From the NCBI RefSeq assembly GCF_009914755.1, contig NC_060928.1: a DNA stretch of 64,000 nt, one strand, 5' to 3'. Numbering within the stretch: position 1 is the stretch's first letter; the number at the start of each line of letters is the position of its first letter. The notes under the pieces were generated by a model that saw only the letters and a program-made list of their open reading frames with translations, ran no database searches and was not told the origin of the DNA. Shown piece by piece: positions 1-11,770 of the stretch. The stretch is from the human T2T-CHM13v2.0 reference genome, Homo sapiens. The position numbers were made by a program, and so were the translations under genes.

Positions 1-382
1 CCTCCACATTTCCTCCCTCCTCCTGGAAAGATAATTTCTACTGGGATTTTACAAAACTAAGATGCTCCAAGGCAGGAAAACAAAATTAAATCCAGTCATG
101 ATGGTGAGGCCTCCAGATGGAGTGCTTGATCTAGGCTTTTCTTCCTGAGTGATTTTCTGATTTTCAAAGCATTTCGTGCTCTCACAGAAAATGTAAAAGT
201 GACAGGAAAGTGTAAAGACACAGAAAAACAACCAACCACTCCTAGCTCCATCAGCCATTGGTGACCATGACTGGTGGCCTGGCATCAGGATCCGGTGCTT
301 CTATACCTTGTTCAGAGGTCCCAGTGTTCTCAGTGGTTTCCGCTAAACAATCCACAGTGGGATTTTTCCTTGGGACATCTGC

Positions 383-632
383 TTTTCTTTCTCTCTCGCT
401 CTTTCTCCCTCCCTCCCTCCCTCCCTCTCTCCCTCTCTCCTTTTTGTCTTGTCTTTTCTCTTTTCTTTTCTTTCTTAGATGGAATCTCGCTCTGTTGCCC
501 AGGCTGGAGTACAGTGGCACGATCTCAGCTCACTGCAAACTCCATCTCCTGGATTCAAGTGATTCTCCTGTCAGCCTCCTGAGTGGCTGGGATTACAGGT
601 GCACACCACCATGCCTGGCTAATTTTTGTATT

Positions 633-677
<45 letters not shown>

Positions 678-786
678 GTACAGATGGGGTTTCACTATAT
701 TGGTCAGGCTGGTCTCAAACTCCTGATCCACATGCCTTGGGCTCCCAAAGTGCTGGGATTCCAGGCATGAGCCACCATGCTGGGCT
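383..786 (-). mobile_element. Alu SINE (antisense) whose A-tail has decayed into a CT-rich low-complexity tract; (TTTA)n in the linker
   Basis: Alu motifs (cccaggctggagtacagtggc, cccaaagtgctgggatt); probable TSD gacatctgctttt (~374-386) / gacacctgctttt (~787-799). Confidence 0.85.
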
Positions 787-1986
787 GACACCTGCTTTTT
801 AATGGCCGCACAGGACTATGCTGTAGGGGAATAGAATCACGCACTTGCCGCCTTCCCGTTTTTGGAAGTTTCATTCATTTCCCTGTCTTTCCACCTTCCT
901 CCTTTCTCTTTTCCGCCTGTCTATGAGCAATCATTTTTGTTAACATGCCAGATTGTTCCTTCCAGTTGCTTTCCTGCAGTCAGGGCTTGATAGCTGTGGG
1001 CTCCCCCAGCCCCTCCAAGGCTTCTAAGTGACCATGTGCGTGCAGCTCTGGGGAGTGGTGGAGGTGTCAGGAGGTTTCACAAGGGGACTTTGGTGTAGCC
1101 ACTCACAGCGGCCCCTGTCACCTCTCAATGACTCCAGGGGGAGACGATTTCACTTGCAGGGGAGCAGAGAGCATCTCTTCTGAGACATGAGCGCAGGGAA
1201 GCTTCGCCAGCCTGTATTACGGAAAGGCAGGCCATTCACTCATCTGCAAGGATGTACTGGGCACCCAGCGTGTACAAGAGAATGTGCTGGATACAGCAGA
1301 CTGTGGTGATCACACAAGGCTTGATTTCTTCACTTTGTTGAGCAGAGAGAAGACGTGGACAAAGTCAGATCTGATCAATACAACCACCCTGGCCCCCCAG
1401 GAGAAACAGCAAGCTTATTTTGTGAGATAAGTGAATTGTATCAATTACATCATATTGCAGTGCTATCACTGATGACAAATTCATTTCCACAGATATACAC
1501 CGACAGCTTGTTACATGCAACTGGGGAGGAAAAATGAGAAAAGCGGGAAAAGAACAATGGTTAACTGAGCTCATTTGATTTTATTTAAACTTGCTTTAGT
1601 ACTAAGCTTATTTCTTTTACACCTATTGAATGTAACCTTATTTAATTCTTACCCCACCCCTCGAAGATGGGTCTTCCTGCCCCTATTTTTCAGATAAGGA
1701 AACAATTAAGCCATTCACTTTAATTAAGCAGCAGTGGCATCTCAGCCTCTGCACTTCATCTCAGCCCAGCACTTCTGTTGGGGCTGAGATGGAAGTCTCG
1801 GAAGGTGCTCTGAGGAGGTGTGACTCTCCCTGGCTGACAGGGGAAGGCTTAGCAGAGCTTTGTCTTAGAGGAGTAGATGAAAAGGAAAGTACAGAGAGGG
1901 CATTCAGGCCAAGTCAGCAACACAGACAAAGTCAGGTAATGTGGGTTAAGTGCATGGGTGATGAGTAAAGGGGATGTGGCTAGATG

Positions 1987-2056
1987 GTGTGAGTGTGTGT
2001 GTGCTTGCATGTGTGCCTGTGTGCGTGTGTGTGCATGTGTGTGTCTGTGTGTGAGT
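1987..2056. repeat. imperfect (GT)n microsatellite
   Basis: gtgtgagtgtgtgtgtgc...gtgtgtgagt. Confidence 0.85.
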
Positions 2057-3379
2057 GACAGCAACAGCAAAGGGCCCGTCATGAGTGGCTAAGACCAGAT
2101 GTAGGTAGACTTGGAGGGGCTGCTAAGGAATTTCATAGGCAATGGGGAACCATGAACTATCACTAGGCAGGGGAGGAGCCTTCGGGAACTAATCCTGAAC
2201 TTTATCATTGCAATGCGTATCTCAGCAAGAATGGGCAGGATTGCATAGTTAGGAGTACTGCCTTACTTTTTAAAGAAGTGGTGAAAATATTTAATATTTT
2301 CATATACTTTTTCTTTTTGGAAGATAAAAGGATTAGGTCCAGCATTTCACCCTACAGAGGATTTAAATTTTTCATCAGGAATGAGATTTGAGTGTAAGAA
2401 GATGAAACGATATTATACTGATAAGACCACAGGGTTCAAAACCACCCCCTACAACCCAGGGAAGGGGGGCAGCCAGGCTGGCAAGATCTGAGGCCAGAAG
2501 CACTGGGGCTTTGGGGAGAGCAGCAAACAGAACAGATCTAGACCTATCAAGGTGCCCTCACCAGAGTCCAGAGATCTCACCACACACATTTTCTCATTCA
2601 TGCAGTTGTCCAGTACATCCTTGCAGATGAGCAAATGGCCTGCCTTTCATAATACAGGCTGGTGGAGCTTCCCCATGCTCATGTCTCAGAAGAGATGCTC
2701 TCTGCTCCCCTGCAAGTGGAATTGTCTCCCTTTGGAGTAGTTGAGAGGTGACAGAGGCTGCTGTGAGTGGCTAGACCAAAGTCTCCCTGTGAAGCCACGT
2801 GATGACTCCACCGCTCCCCAGAGCTGCACATGGTCGCTCAGAAGCCTTGGAGGGGTTGGGGGAGGCCCCTGCTCTCAAGCCCCCACTATCACAATCACTT
2901 TGTCCCAGCTATTCACCTGCAAACTTGCTTGATCTGCAGAAGCTGCAGAGTGGCCCACTCTTCCTGGACATGTCAGGAAAACTTTGACGTGGCTGCTCTA
3001 GCTTCAGGGAAGGTCTAATTTGGTGAAAATTTGAAAGCAGGTTTGTGGGAGTGCCAGGGAGAAATGGGGAGAGAGAAAGCCTCTGTATTTGATGGATGGC
3101 AATGGCTTGGAGCTGGTGTGATGGCCTCTCTGGATGACAAGGACATTGGACTTAGAGCCAGAAGGACTGAGGTATGAATCTCGGCATTCCTGGTTTGTAG
3201 TTATGGGGACTTGGCAGAGACACTTGAATGAAACTTCCTTTGCCCAGGTATAAGACGGACCCCCTAATAAAGGTTGACTGTGTTCTGATCCTTCACTGCC
3301 TGCTGGGATGTCCTCAGCATTTTGTGCATGTTGGCCAATTTAACCCTAACAGCAACCACCAGAGGCAGATGCTATTGCT

Positions 3380-3482
3380 GGCTATTAATATCCCCATGTG
3401 ACAGATGAGAATGTGAGGCCCAAGGGGTTTAAGTGGGGCTATGAATATCCCCATGTGACAGATGAGAATGTGAGGCCCAAGG
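3380..3482. repeat. 57-bp-period tandem duplication inside a MIR-like fragment
   Basis: ggctat(t/g)aatatccccatgtgacagatgagaatgtgaggcccaagg occurs at ~3380 and ~3437; core resembles MIR acagatgagaaaactgaggc. Confidence 0.75.
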
Positions 3483-4164
3483 CACAGAACCAGGGGTGCC
3501 CCAGCATGCCAGTTGTGCACCTGTGGCTTTTCCCTTGGCCACTTTGCAGCACCGGCACGAGAGAGGCCCACAGGGTGAGCCTCCACACCACCAGCCACCC
3601 TTTGTCCCTCAGAAAGGGCTGGCAGAGCCTGCAGGTGAGGGTGGGTGTGGGGAGGGGTGGGCAATCGTCTGCCCTTCATTTCTGTCATGTTGTGGCTGTC
3701 ACTGGGGAGAAAATGCCAAAAAGCTTCCTGGAAGAAGCAGCTTCCAGGAGGCTTCACCATATCCTTGTCCTGCCAAGTGGCCACGAATGGATTAGAAGAT
3801 TCCCACTGGGTGAGAAGGCTCAGAAGCCACCACAGAGGATGGCAGAGGTGGGAGAGGCCTCGCACCGCGGGGCTCCAGGAGCCAGGTGAAGGACAGGCAT
3901 TTCTGTATGGCACCCAGTTCTGGGTGGGTCCTCCCAAGGTGCCCCCTTCTTTGTCTCTCCCTCTGTTGCTTTTCTCTCCTCTTCCCTCTTCTTCCCCCCA
4001 CTTCCTCTTCACTTTTTCTTCACTTTTTCTTCTTCTTCTCTTTCCTTCCCCCATGCCTTTCTCAACCTTGTTTCCACTTCTTGTCGCTCTTCTTGCTTCA
4101 ACAAACGTCGATGCAGTCACAGTTCCTGGGCTGAGGCTGGGGGATGGGAGGAAGTCCTGAGGGC

Positions 4165-4260
4165 AGCCCCCGCCCCCTTCCCCGCCCCGTCACTCCCTCT
4201 GCCCCGCCTGCACAGCTTCTTGCCAATTCATTCCCGCCCCTACCGCCCCTATAAGCCACC
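4165..4260 (+). promoter_or_regulatory. GPR78: GPR78 core promoter: several GC boxes, CCAAT (~4223), TATA-like TATAAG (4250-4255), at the 5' edge of a CpG island (~4150-5620)
   Basis: ccgccc repeated at least 4 times, gccaat, cctataag; high CpG density through exon 1. Confidence 0.6.
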
Positions 4261-4574
4261 AGGTCGCTCCAGTTTGGTGCCAGCGCCTGGAGGGAGAGGC
4301 GTGGCGAGGGCTGTGCTGCCTAGGATCCACTGAGTGGCTCTTGCTGGCGTGTCAGCTGCGCGCGAACCAGGGCTGGGAGGCTCGGCTGGAGGTGTGACCA
4401 GGGCAGGGACTGACCTGGCCCGGAACAGAAGCGCGCAGAGTCCCATCCTGCCACGCCACGAGGAGAGAAGAAGGAAAGATACAGTGTTAGGAAAGAGACC
4501 TCCCTCGCCCCTACGCCCCGCGCCCCTGCGCCTCGCTTCAGCCTCAGGACAGTCCTGCCGGGACGGTGAGCGCA

Positions 4575-4595
4575 TTCAGCACCCTGGACAGCACC
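4575..4595 (+). promoter_or_regulatory. RE1/NRSE (REST binding site)
   Basis: TTCAGCACCCTGGACAGCACC vs canonical TTCAGCACCnnGGACAGCGCC: correct 2-nt spacer, one mismatch. Confidence 0.8.
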
Positions 4596-4806
4596 GCGGT
4601 TGCGCTGCCTCCAGGGCGGCCCCGGGCTGCTCCTGCTCCGCAGAGCTACGCCCTCCCCCCGGGTGCCCCGGACCCTGCACTTGCCGCCGCTTTCCTCGCG
4701 CTGCTCTGGACCTTGCTAGCCGGCTCTGCACCTCCCAGAAGCCGTGGGCGCGCCGCTCAGCTGCTCCATCGCCTCACTTTCCCAGGCTCGCGCCCGAAGC
4801 AGAGCC

Positions 4807-4839
4807 ATGAGAACCCCAGGGTGCCTGGCGAGCCGCTAG
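4807..4839 (+). other. upstream ORF MRTPGCLASR* in the GPR78 5' leader
   Basis: gccATGaga...cgcTAG; ends 4 nt before the main ATG at 4844. Confidence 0.6.
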
Positions 4840-4843
4840 CGCC

Positions 4844-5511
4844 ATGGGCCCCGGCGAGGCGCTGCTGGCGGGTCTCCTGGTGATGGTACTGGCCGTGGCG
4901 CTGCTATCCAACGCACTGGTGCTGCTTTGTTGCGCCTACAGCGCTGAGCTCCGCACTCGAGCCTCAGGCGTCCTCCTGGTGAATCTGTCTCTGGGCCACC
5001 TGCTGCTGGCGGCGCTGGACATGCCCTTCACGCTGCTCGGTGTGATGCGCGGGCGGACACCGTCGGCGCCCGGCGCATGCCAAGTCATTGGCTTCCTGGA
5101 CACCTTCCTGGCGTCCAACGCGGCGCTGAGCGTGGCGGCGCTGAGCGCAGACCAGTGGCTGGCAGTGGGCTTCCCACTGCGCTACGCCGGACGCCTGCGA
5201 CCGCGCTATGCCGGCCTGCTGCTGGGCTGTGCCTGGGGACAGTCGCTGGCCTTCTCAGGCGCTGCACTTGGCTGCTCGTGGCTTGGCTACAGCAGCGCCT
5301 TCGCGTCCTGTTCGCTGCGCCTGCCGCCCGAGCCTGAGCGTCCGCGCTTCGCAGCCTTCACCGCCACGCTCCATGCCGTGGGCTTCGTGCTGCCGCTGGC
5401 GGTGCTCTGCCTCACCTCGCTCCAGGTGCACCGGGTGGCACGCAGACACTGCCAGCGCATGGACACCGTCACCATGAAGGCGCTCGCGCTGCTCGCCGAC
5501 CTGCACCCCAG
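4844..5511 (+). CDS. GPR78: GPR78 coding exon 1 (TM1-TM5)
   Basis: Kozak gccATGg; MGPGEALLAGLLVMVLAVALLSNALV... with hydrophobic TM segments; donor CCAG|gtattg, phase 2. Confidence 0.95.
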
Positions 5512-6391
5512 GTATTGGCCCAGTGCATGCCGACAGGCCCAGGCCAGGGACTTGGGCGCTCCCTGGGCAGTTGGCTTGAGGAGCCTGTGGGCATCACCAC
5601 CGTTACTCCGCCCAGAGTTCACCAGCCACAGCACTGCCCCTGCACGCTGCTCACAGGGGTTTCCTGTTGGTTCATTGGTGCAGACACTGCGGGGGCCTCT
5701 GCCTCCTGGGATATGTGCTCAGTGCACAGGGAGCTTTGCGCAGAGCTGTGGGGTGTGCTTCTCCGGGAGGGGTTCCGCGGGCTCTGCTGTGGGCGGCCAG
5801 ACACACCCCTCCTGTGCATGGCTGTGGGTCTGAGGCATCTGCTTGTTTCTGCCCACTGCTGACCCAGTGCCCTTGCATGGACTTGGGCTTCAAGTCTTGA
5901 GCAGGGTCCATCCCCCATGCTTTCTGCTCACTACTTGGCAGGATTTGTCTCCTGAATCTCTAGCTGGTGTCGCCATTGTTCCAAATTACCTCCTGTAGGT
6001 GTTCCCCTTTCCCCCTTGGCCCCCCACAGAACACCCAAGAGGCTCTCCTGCTCCTGGGGTGGGCAGGCCACGTGACTTCTCCCTCCTTGAGGGCCCCAGC
6101 CTTGCCCCTCCATCAGCAGCCTGCCTCAGTTGCCTCTGTGTGGAGAAGGATGAGCCAGAGGGAAGGGAGGAGGAGCTGGCCCTTCTTTCCAGACTTCCTT
6201 TATTTCACCTACAAAAAAGCAAGCCTACCCCTTGTTCTTTCTCTCTCCCCCATCCCTCTGTCCTCCTCAGGTTCCAGGCTAAACATCCTCCTGAAACCCT
6301 CCTGTCTGCCCTCACTTCAGCCCCTGGGCTCTGGGCCTGGGTTCTGTCCCCACCCTGCCATCATCCTGACCACTGTCCTCTGTCCCCACAG

Positions 6392-6505
6392 TGTGCGGCA
6401 GCGCTGCCTCATCCAGCAGAAGCGGCGCCGCCACCGCGCCACCAGGAAGATTGGCATTGCTATTGCGACCTTCCTCATCTGCTTTGCCCCGTATGTCATG
6501 ACCAG
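6392..6505 (+). CDS. GPR78: GPR78 coding exon 2 (ICL3-TM6)
   Basis: acceptor ccccacag|; SVRQRCLIQQKRRRHRATRKIGIAIATFLICFAPYVMTR; donor AG|gtgggt. Confidence 0.95.
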
Positions 6506-7110
6506 GTGGGTCCTGGCAGTCCGGCTCCTGTTGTGGGAACAGCTGGGTGGGCTTGGCCTCAGTTGAGTAGGCCTCTGAGGTTTCCCAGCAAGATATCTGG
6601 AGGGCGGCCACCACCAGAGGACCCTCCTCCACACCTGACGGGCTCAGGGCTGTGCTTCAGCTCCTGGGAAAGATCCTGGGAGGGAGGTGGCACTGGCTCC
6701 CATCCTGTCCTATAAATGAGGAGACTCTCCTTGTCCAGGCACAGGCAGATATGGGGTCTGTGAATCAGCACCTGGCTCTTTAAACCTAGAAAGCTTTCAA
6801 AATCAGGCAACCTGGGACTAACTCAGGCCTCAGACTCCGCATCTCCTGGGCGTGGAGTTGGGAATCTGGGTGGAAGCTCCAGCTGGAGCCTCGGGGCAGT
6901 AACACTGCCAGGTGAGTGTTCTCTTTGCTTCTCTCTTTCCTGGAGACCTTGGCCTGAGTGCTTGTCAGGTCAGAATTACCTGGAGTCACAGGTAATTTGG
7001 GAAAGAGTGTGTGTAAAGGGCCTGCTGGTACCATCATCACAGTGCTGTGCTGAGGGGCAGGGGAGTCTGTAGTTTTTGCCTCCGGGGTTCCTGGGTCACC
7101 CACTCGGCCA

Positions 7111-7261
7111 CTTGGTTACTACCTTAGCTCCACTCAAGGAAATGTGTGCACCCTGCCTTGCTGGAAGGCACCGTGGTTAGAGGGAGGCAGGTTGTTTATT
7201 AGAGATGGTGACTGCTTGCTATTACGTTTTGCCTTTCTTGGAATCTCCATGGAATTTCTGG
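7111..7261. repeat. ~150-bp diverged direct repeat, copy 1 (copy 2 at ~13532-13683)
   Basis: ccactcaaggaaa..gtgcaccctgcc.tgctggaaggcacc.tggttagagggaggca...ctccatggaat shared by both copies. Confidence 0.8.
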
Positions 7262-7877
7262 CCAGGCCCCTGAAGCGCTCAGGCTGTCTGGGAGGTCTCC
7301 ACCCTATGTGTTGAGCCATAGCAGGAGGATACCCTGAAGGAAGACGCTCCTGGGAGGGGTCCATGGCCCTCATCCTCAAGGGGCCCAGGTCCCCACCCCA
7401 GGGGAGGGAGCCAGCAGGGAGTATAGTACCAGGATCCTGGCTCTGTTTGTGTAGGGTCCTCCTGAGGTTGCTATCTAATGCCCTACAAGGTCTGCCAGCC
7501 TGTCCAGGATGACTGCTTGTCTTCCCAGGTTACTGGGTGGCTTAGATATGTTGTTGGGTGGGTGGGGGGGAAACAGTTGTGTCCCAGGAACCCGGGAGGC
7601 CCCAGAGTGCCCACGCTGAGTGGCACCAGCTCTCTCCTGCCTGCCAGGTTCCCTCTGAGCTCTTCAGAATCAGCACGTGGGACAGGAGCTCTTGGCACCA
7701 CTGATCCCATCTGGCTTAGGGACAGGGAGCCAGGTTTCTTGTGGATCACAGGCATCCTCCTTCCTCACATAAAACCTGGCAAAGGCCTCTGGTTCTTAGG
7801 AAACTTCATGGGCACAAGTGTGGATGGGGAAACTGTAGCATCCTTCTCCCGGGAACCAGCTATTTATCTGATTATCA

Positions 7878-7997
7878 TGTTTGTGTGTATGTGTGCCCAT
7901 GTGCCTGCGCATGCATGCATGTGTATGTTGTGAGGGTTCATGTGTATACACACATGCATGTGTGTATTCATACATGCACATGCATGTACATATGTGT
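7878..7997. repeat. TG/CA/ATGC low-complexity tract
   Basis: tgtgtgtatgtgtgcccatgtgc...catgcacatgcatgtacatatgtg. Confidence 0.7.
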
Positions 7998-10263
7998 AGA
8001 AGGTGAGTGCTAAAATTTCAAGAGCTCCAGCATTTAGTTTTGAAATTTTAAATGAATGATGAGTGAGACTGGCTTACTCAGCCATATTATGTTGATTCAT
8101 GGGTGTAACTGTTATTTTCCTGTGTGTTTACAATGCCCTGAACATGTATGTGAGCATGCATAGCTATGAGTGTGCACACGAGTGTAAGAGGAAGAATCCC
8201 AAACAAAGTCATGAAGCCTGCCTTTGCAGTGTTGTTTCCACAATGTCGTTACCAACTCTGGGATCTGGGCAGCTCAGGCTCTCTTCTCTGTGAAAAATGT
8301 GGGTACAATATAGCACTAACGAGGTTATATATTTCTTCATGCACTCACTAAGCATTTAATGAGCACCTACTCTGAGCTGGGCTTTGTGCCTGGTCATGCA
8401 GTTACAAAAGCAAATGGAACACAGGCTCCTCTCGGTTCTGATGGTGGGAGATGCAGGTCAGCAAGACCAGGCAGGTGTTTCAGTGGGGGAGGGGTCTTGA
8501 GGGCTGGCGCCTGGGAGCAGCACAGCTGGACCAGTTTGGACGGACCTGCCTCACAGGCGCCTCTCACATCATAGGAGTGAACCGAATCAGAACCTCACTC
8601 CTGAGTGTGTGTGGATGAGGTTCTAATGCAGTTGGTGGCTTAACCCACAGGAAGTCAGAGATCCAGGAGTGTGTTGTCCCTGCTGCCCCTTAAAAGGTAG
8701 TGCACTCATTCCAATTGTCCTGCAATTGCTGAAAATATTTCAGAGCTCTTCTCCTGGGAATTGTTTTCAGAACTGGGCTGCATTGTTAGACTCTTCTGTG
8801 GACATCTAGAAGGTGAATTTAATCTGGTTAGAAATAACTCCAAGTCACCTTGAGCCAGTTCATGCGGATAAAGCAGGTAAAGGAGATGGGGGACATGGGA
8901 TTTTTATTTTGTTTCTTGGTTGTCACTCTTGAGTTTTACTGACTCAATCAGTCGTGCAGATGAAGCCCGTGGGGTGTGCGGCAGTGAGACCAGGAGGGCA
9001 GGGATACAGAGCCCTCCCTTGTGGAGTCTGTGGTCTACTGGAGACGGGGGAGGGCAGAAGGATACGGTCACAAGGTGTTGAGCAGCAGTGGACACGTGAG
9101 CGAGCCCTCTTCTCTGCAGGGTCATGGCTGGTAGTTGATACATGAGTTCTGGTCCCAGTGTGGCTCCAGACACAGCCTCAGCTGGGTGTTTCTGATGACT
9201 TCCACCTGCACCGTGGCTTAACTAGGGGATAGACACTCTGGCATGTGTGTGGCTTTCTTACTCACCTGCAGCCCAGTCCCCTAGTGGCTGAAAGAAATGC
9301 CAGCCTCCTCAGATCCTCCGATAGGACCTTCCTTCCCACTTGCCTGATGGTTGGCTGTGACCAGTCTCCAGTCTATGCCTGATGGTGGGCTCCCTGTATG
9401 TGGGGGTGACAGTGTACCTGATGTGCATGTGCTGGCCGGTGGCAAAGCCCTTTCCGGACTATCACTTACTGTAACTGGATCCTCACCACAGCCTGGGGTA
9501 GGTGGTTAGAGCCATGACTGCCTTGGATCTGTGTCCCTGCCCTGATTTTTGGATTCTGGATGCCTCTGCTCTGGCTGTGCCCCTCACCTTCTCTCTGTCG
9601 TCACATTCTGGCCCTGCCCCTCAGCTTGAGGTGGTTGCCTGCCTGCCTGCCTGCCAGCCTCCTCATCCCCATCCCGCCGGACTGGGTGCCTCGGAGGGAG
9701 GGAGTCAGTCTGATCCATTGCTGCACCCCAGCAGCTGCTGTGTTTGTGGGTGGTCCAAACTAATGAGTGACCCAGCCAAACTTGTAAATCACAGGGCTGC
9801 AGTCCTTCTGAGTGGGGGTGGGACATCCTGGGACAGAAATTCACTGCCTGGGAGATCATCAGGCTGTGGGGGAAAGCCCTGGCCTTTGGGGGCCCTGGTT
9901 CAAAGCCAGGAACTGGGAGGTGGAACAGCTGCCACTGGTCAGCAAGTGTGCTTGTGACAGCTGTCAGAAGCCTCGTCCTCACTCTGTGGCCCCCACCTAA
10001 GGCTGTGCTGCCGCTGGTCAGAAGCCTTGTCCTGACTCCATGGCCCCTACCCTAGGCTGTGCTGAGAGCGGAGGGGTCCGTCAGAGTCCCCAGAGGCCCA
10101 TCCCCCTGCTGCTTTCCCCCACGCAGAGCCCAGTCCCTTCTACTCTGAGTTCTAATCTGATTTCAGAAAAGCACTGGGCTCAGACACAGAGTGTGAGACT
10201 GAGCCTTTCTTATGGGAGTTGTGTGCCTGGTGGTCCTAGAGACACCCTCGAGCTTCTCTGAGT

Positions 10264-10525
10264 GATGCTTTGGGACGGTGGGTAGGGAAGCACCCTGCGT
10301 GGTGTGTGGTGCCCGTGGACATCCTGTGAGTGACTGCTGTTCATGTGGGTGATGTGGTCACACTTGCTCAGGGTCTGTTCTGCAGCCCAGGTTGACACCT
10401 GTTACTCCAGCCTGGTTATGAGCATTGTTCTGATCTGTTCTCAACATTGTCCAGGTTTGGGAGATAAATGCCAGAGGAGAGTCTGGTTGGGGGCTCCCAG
10501 AGCTCACATCTGGGGTGTGTTGGTC
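10264..10525. repeat. ~260-bp diverged direct repeat, copy 1 (intron 2 of GPR78)
   Basis: aligns at offset 1245 with 11509-11770, e.g. gtgactgctgttcatgtgggtga, ccaggtttgggagataaatgcc, gagtctggttgggggctcccagag. Confidence 0.9.
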
Positions 10526-10915
10526 TGCAGCCTGGTAGTGGTAATGGCTCCCTCGGTAGCTGGTTGTGTGTGCAGGTGTCCGCGGCAGCTGTACGTGCAG
10601 GTGGGTGGACTGAGCTGAGTGTGAGGATGGTGGGAGAAGGCCTTGGTGACGGTGGCAGTGCTGCCACCTACTGAGCACCTGCTGTGTGGTATGCGGGCTG
10701 ATGTCGGCTTGCACCGCAGTCCCAGGACTGGGCCTTGTAATCCCATTTTAGGAAGAGGAGCCCGAGGCTCAGGGTGCTGGTGCAGAGCCCCCTGGCTAGT
10801 GAGCATCAGGGCTGCGGTATGTACTTGAGTATGGTTCTAGCACCTTCCCCCGGAGCGTGAGTGCGTGGCAGGTGCTGTCACTGTGGCTGAGTTAGCTGCT
10901 CCGCTTCCCCAACAG

Positions 10916-11225
10916 GCTGGCGGAGCTCGTGCCCTTCGTCACCGTGAACGCCCAGTGGGGCATCCTCAGCAAGTGCCTGACCTACAGCAAGGCGGTGGCC
11001 GACCCGTTCACGTACTCTCTGCTCCGCCGGCCGTTCCGCCAAGTCCTGGCCGGCATGGTGCACCGGCTGCTGAAGAGAACCCCGCGCCCAGCATCCACCC
11101 ATGACAGCTCTCTGGATGTGGCCGGCATGGTGCACCAGCTGCTGAAGAGAACCCCGCGCCCAGCGTCCACCCACAACGGCTCTGTGGACACAGAGAATGA
11201 TTCCTGCCTGCAGCAGACACACTGA
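10916..11225 (+). CDS. GPR78: GPR78 coding exon 3 (TM7, C-tail, stop); spliced CDS 668+114+310=1092 nt = 363 aa
   Basis: acceptor ccccaacag|; LAELVPFVTVNAQWGILSKCLTYSKAVADPFTY...LQQTH*. Confidence 0.95.
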
Positions 11226-11508
11226 GGGCCTGGCAGGGCTCATCGCCCCCACCTTCTAAGAAGCCCTGTGGAAAGGGCACTGGCCCTGCCACAGAGATGC
11301 CACTGGGGACCCCCAGACACCAGTGGCTTGACTTTGAGCTAAGGCTGAAGTACAGGAGGAGGAGGAGGAGAGGGCCGGATGTGGGTGTGGACAGCAGTAG
11401 TGGCGGAGGAGAGCTCGGGGCTGGGCTGCCTGGCTGCTGGGTGGCCCCGGGACAGTGGCTTTTCCTCTCTGAACCTTAGCTTCCTCACCCTTGTTCTGGG
11501 GTCATGGC

Positions 11509-11770
11509 GATGCTTCGAGACAGTGGGTAGGGAAGTGCCCTGTGTGGCATATGGTACTCGTGGGCGTGCTATAAGTGACTGCTGTTCATGTGGGTGAGGT
11601 GGTCACTCTTGCTCAGGGTCTGTTGTGCAGCCCAGATGGACACCTGTTTCTCCAACCTGGTTATTAGCATTGTTCCGATTTGTTCTCGGCATTGCCCAGG
11701 TTTGGGAGATAAATGCCGGGGCGGAGTCTGGTTGGGGGCTCCCAGAGTTCACATCTGATAGTCTGTGGTC
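11509..11770. repeat. ~260-bp diverged direct repeat, copy 2 (downstream of the GPR78 stop, probable 3' UTR)
   Basis: see copy 1. Confidence 0.9.

Noticed and set aside
258-770. 170-aa ORF and other [12 protein letters not shown]-containing ORFs
   Set aside because: Alu-derived translation.
4844-5833. 329-aa single-exon GPCR ORF
   Set aside because: Receptor-like sequence stops at the 5511 donor; the remaining ~107 codons are intron read-through lacking TM6-7. The spliced model gives the full 7TM protein.
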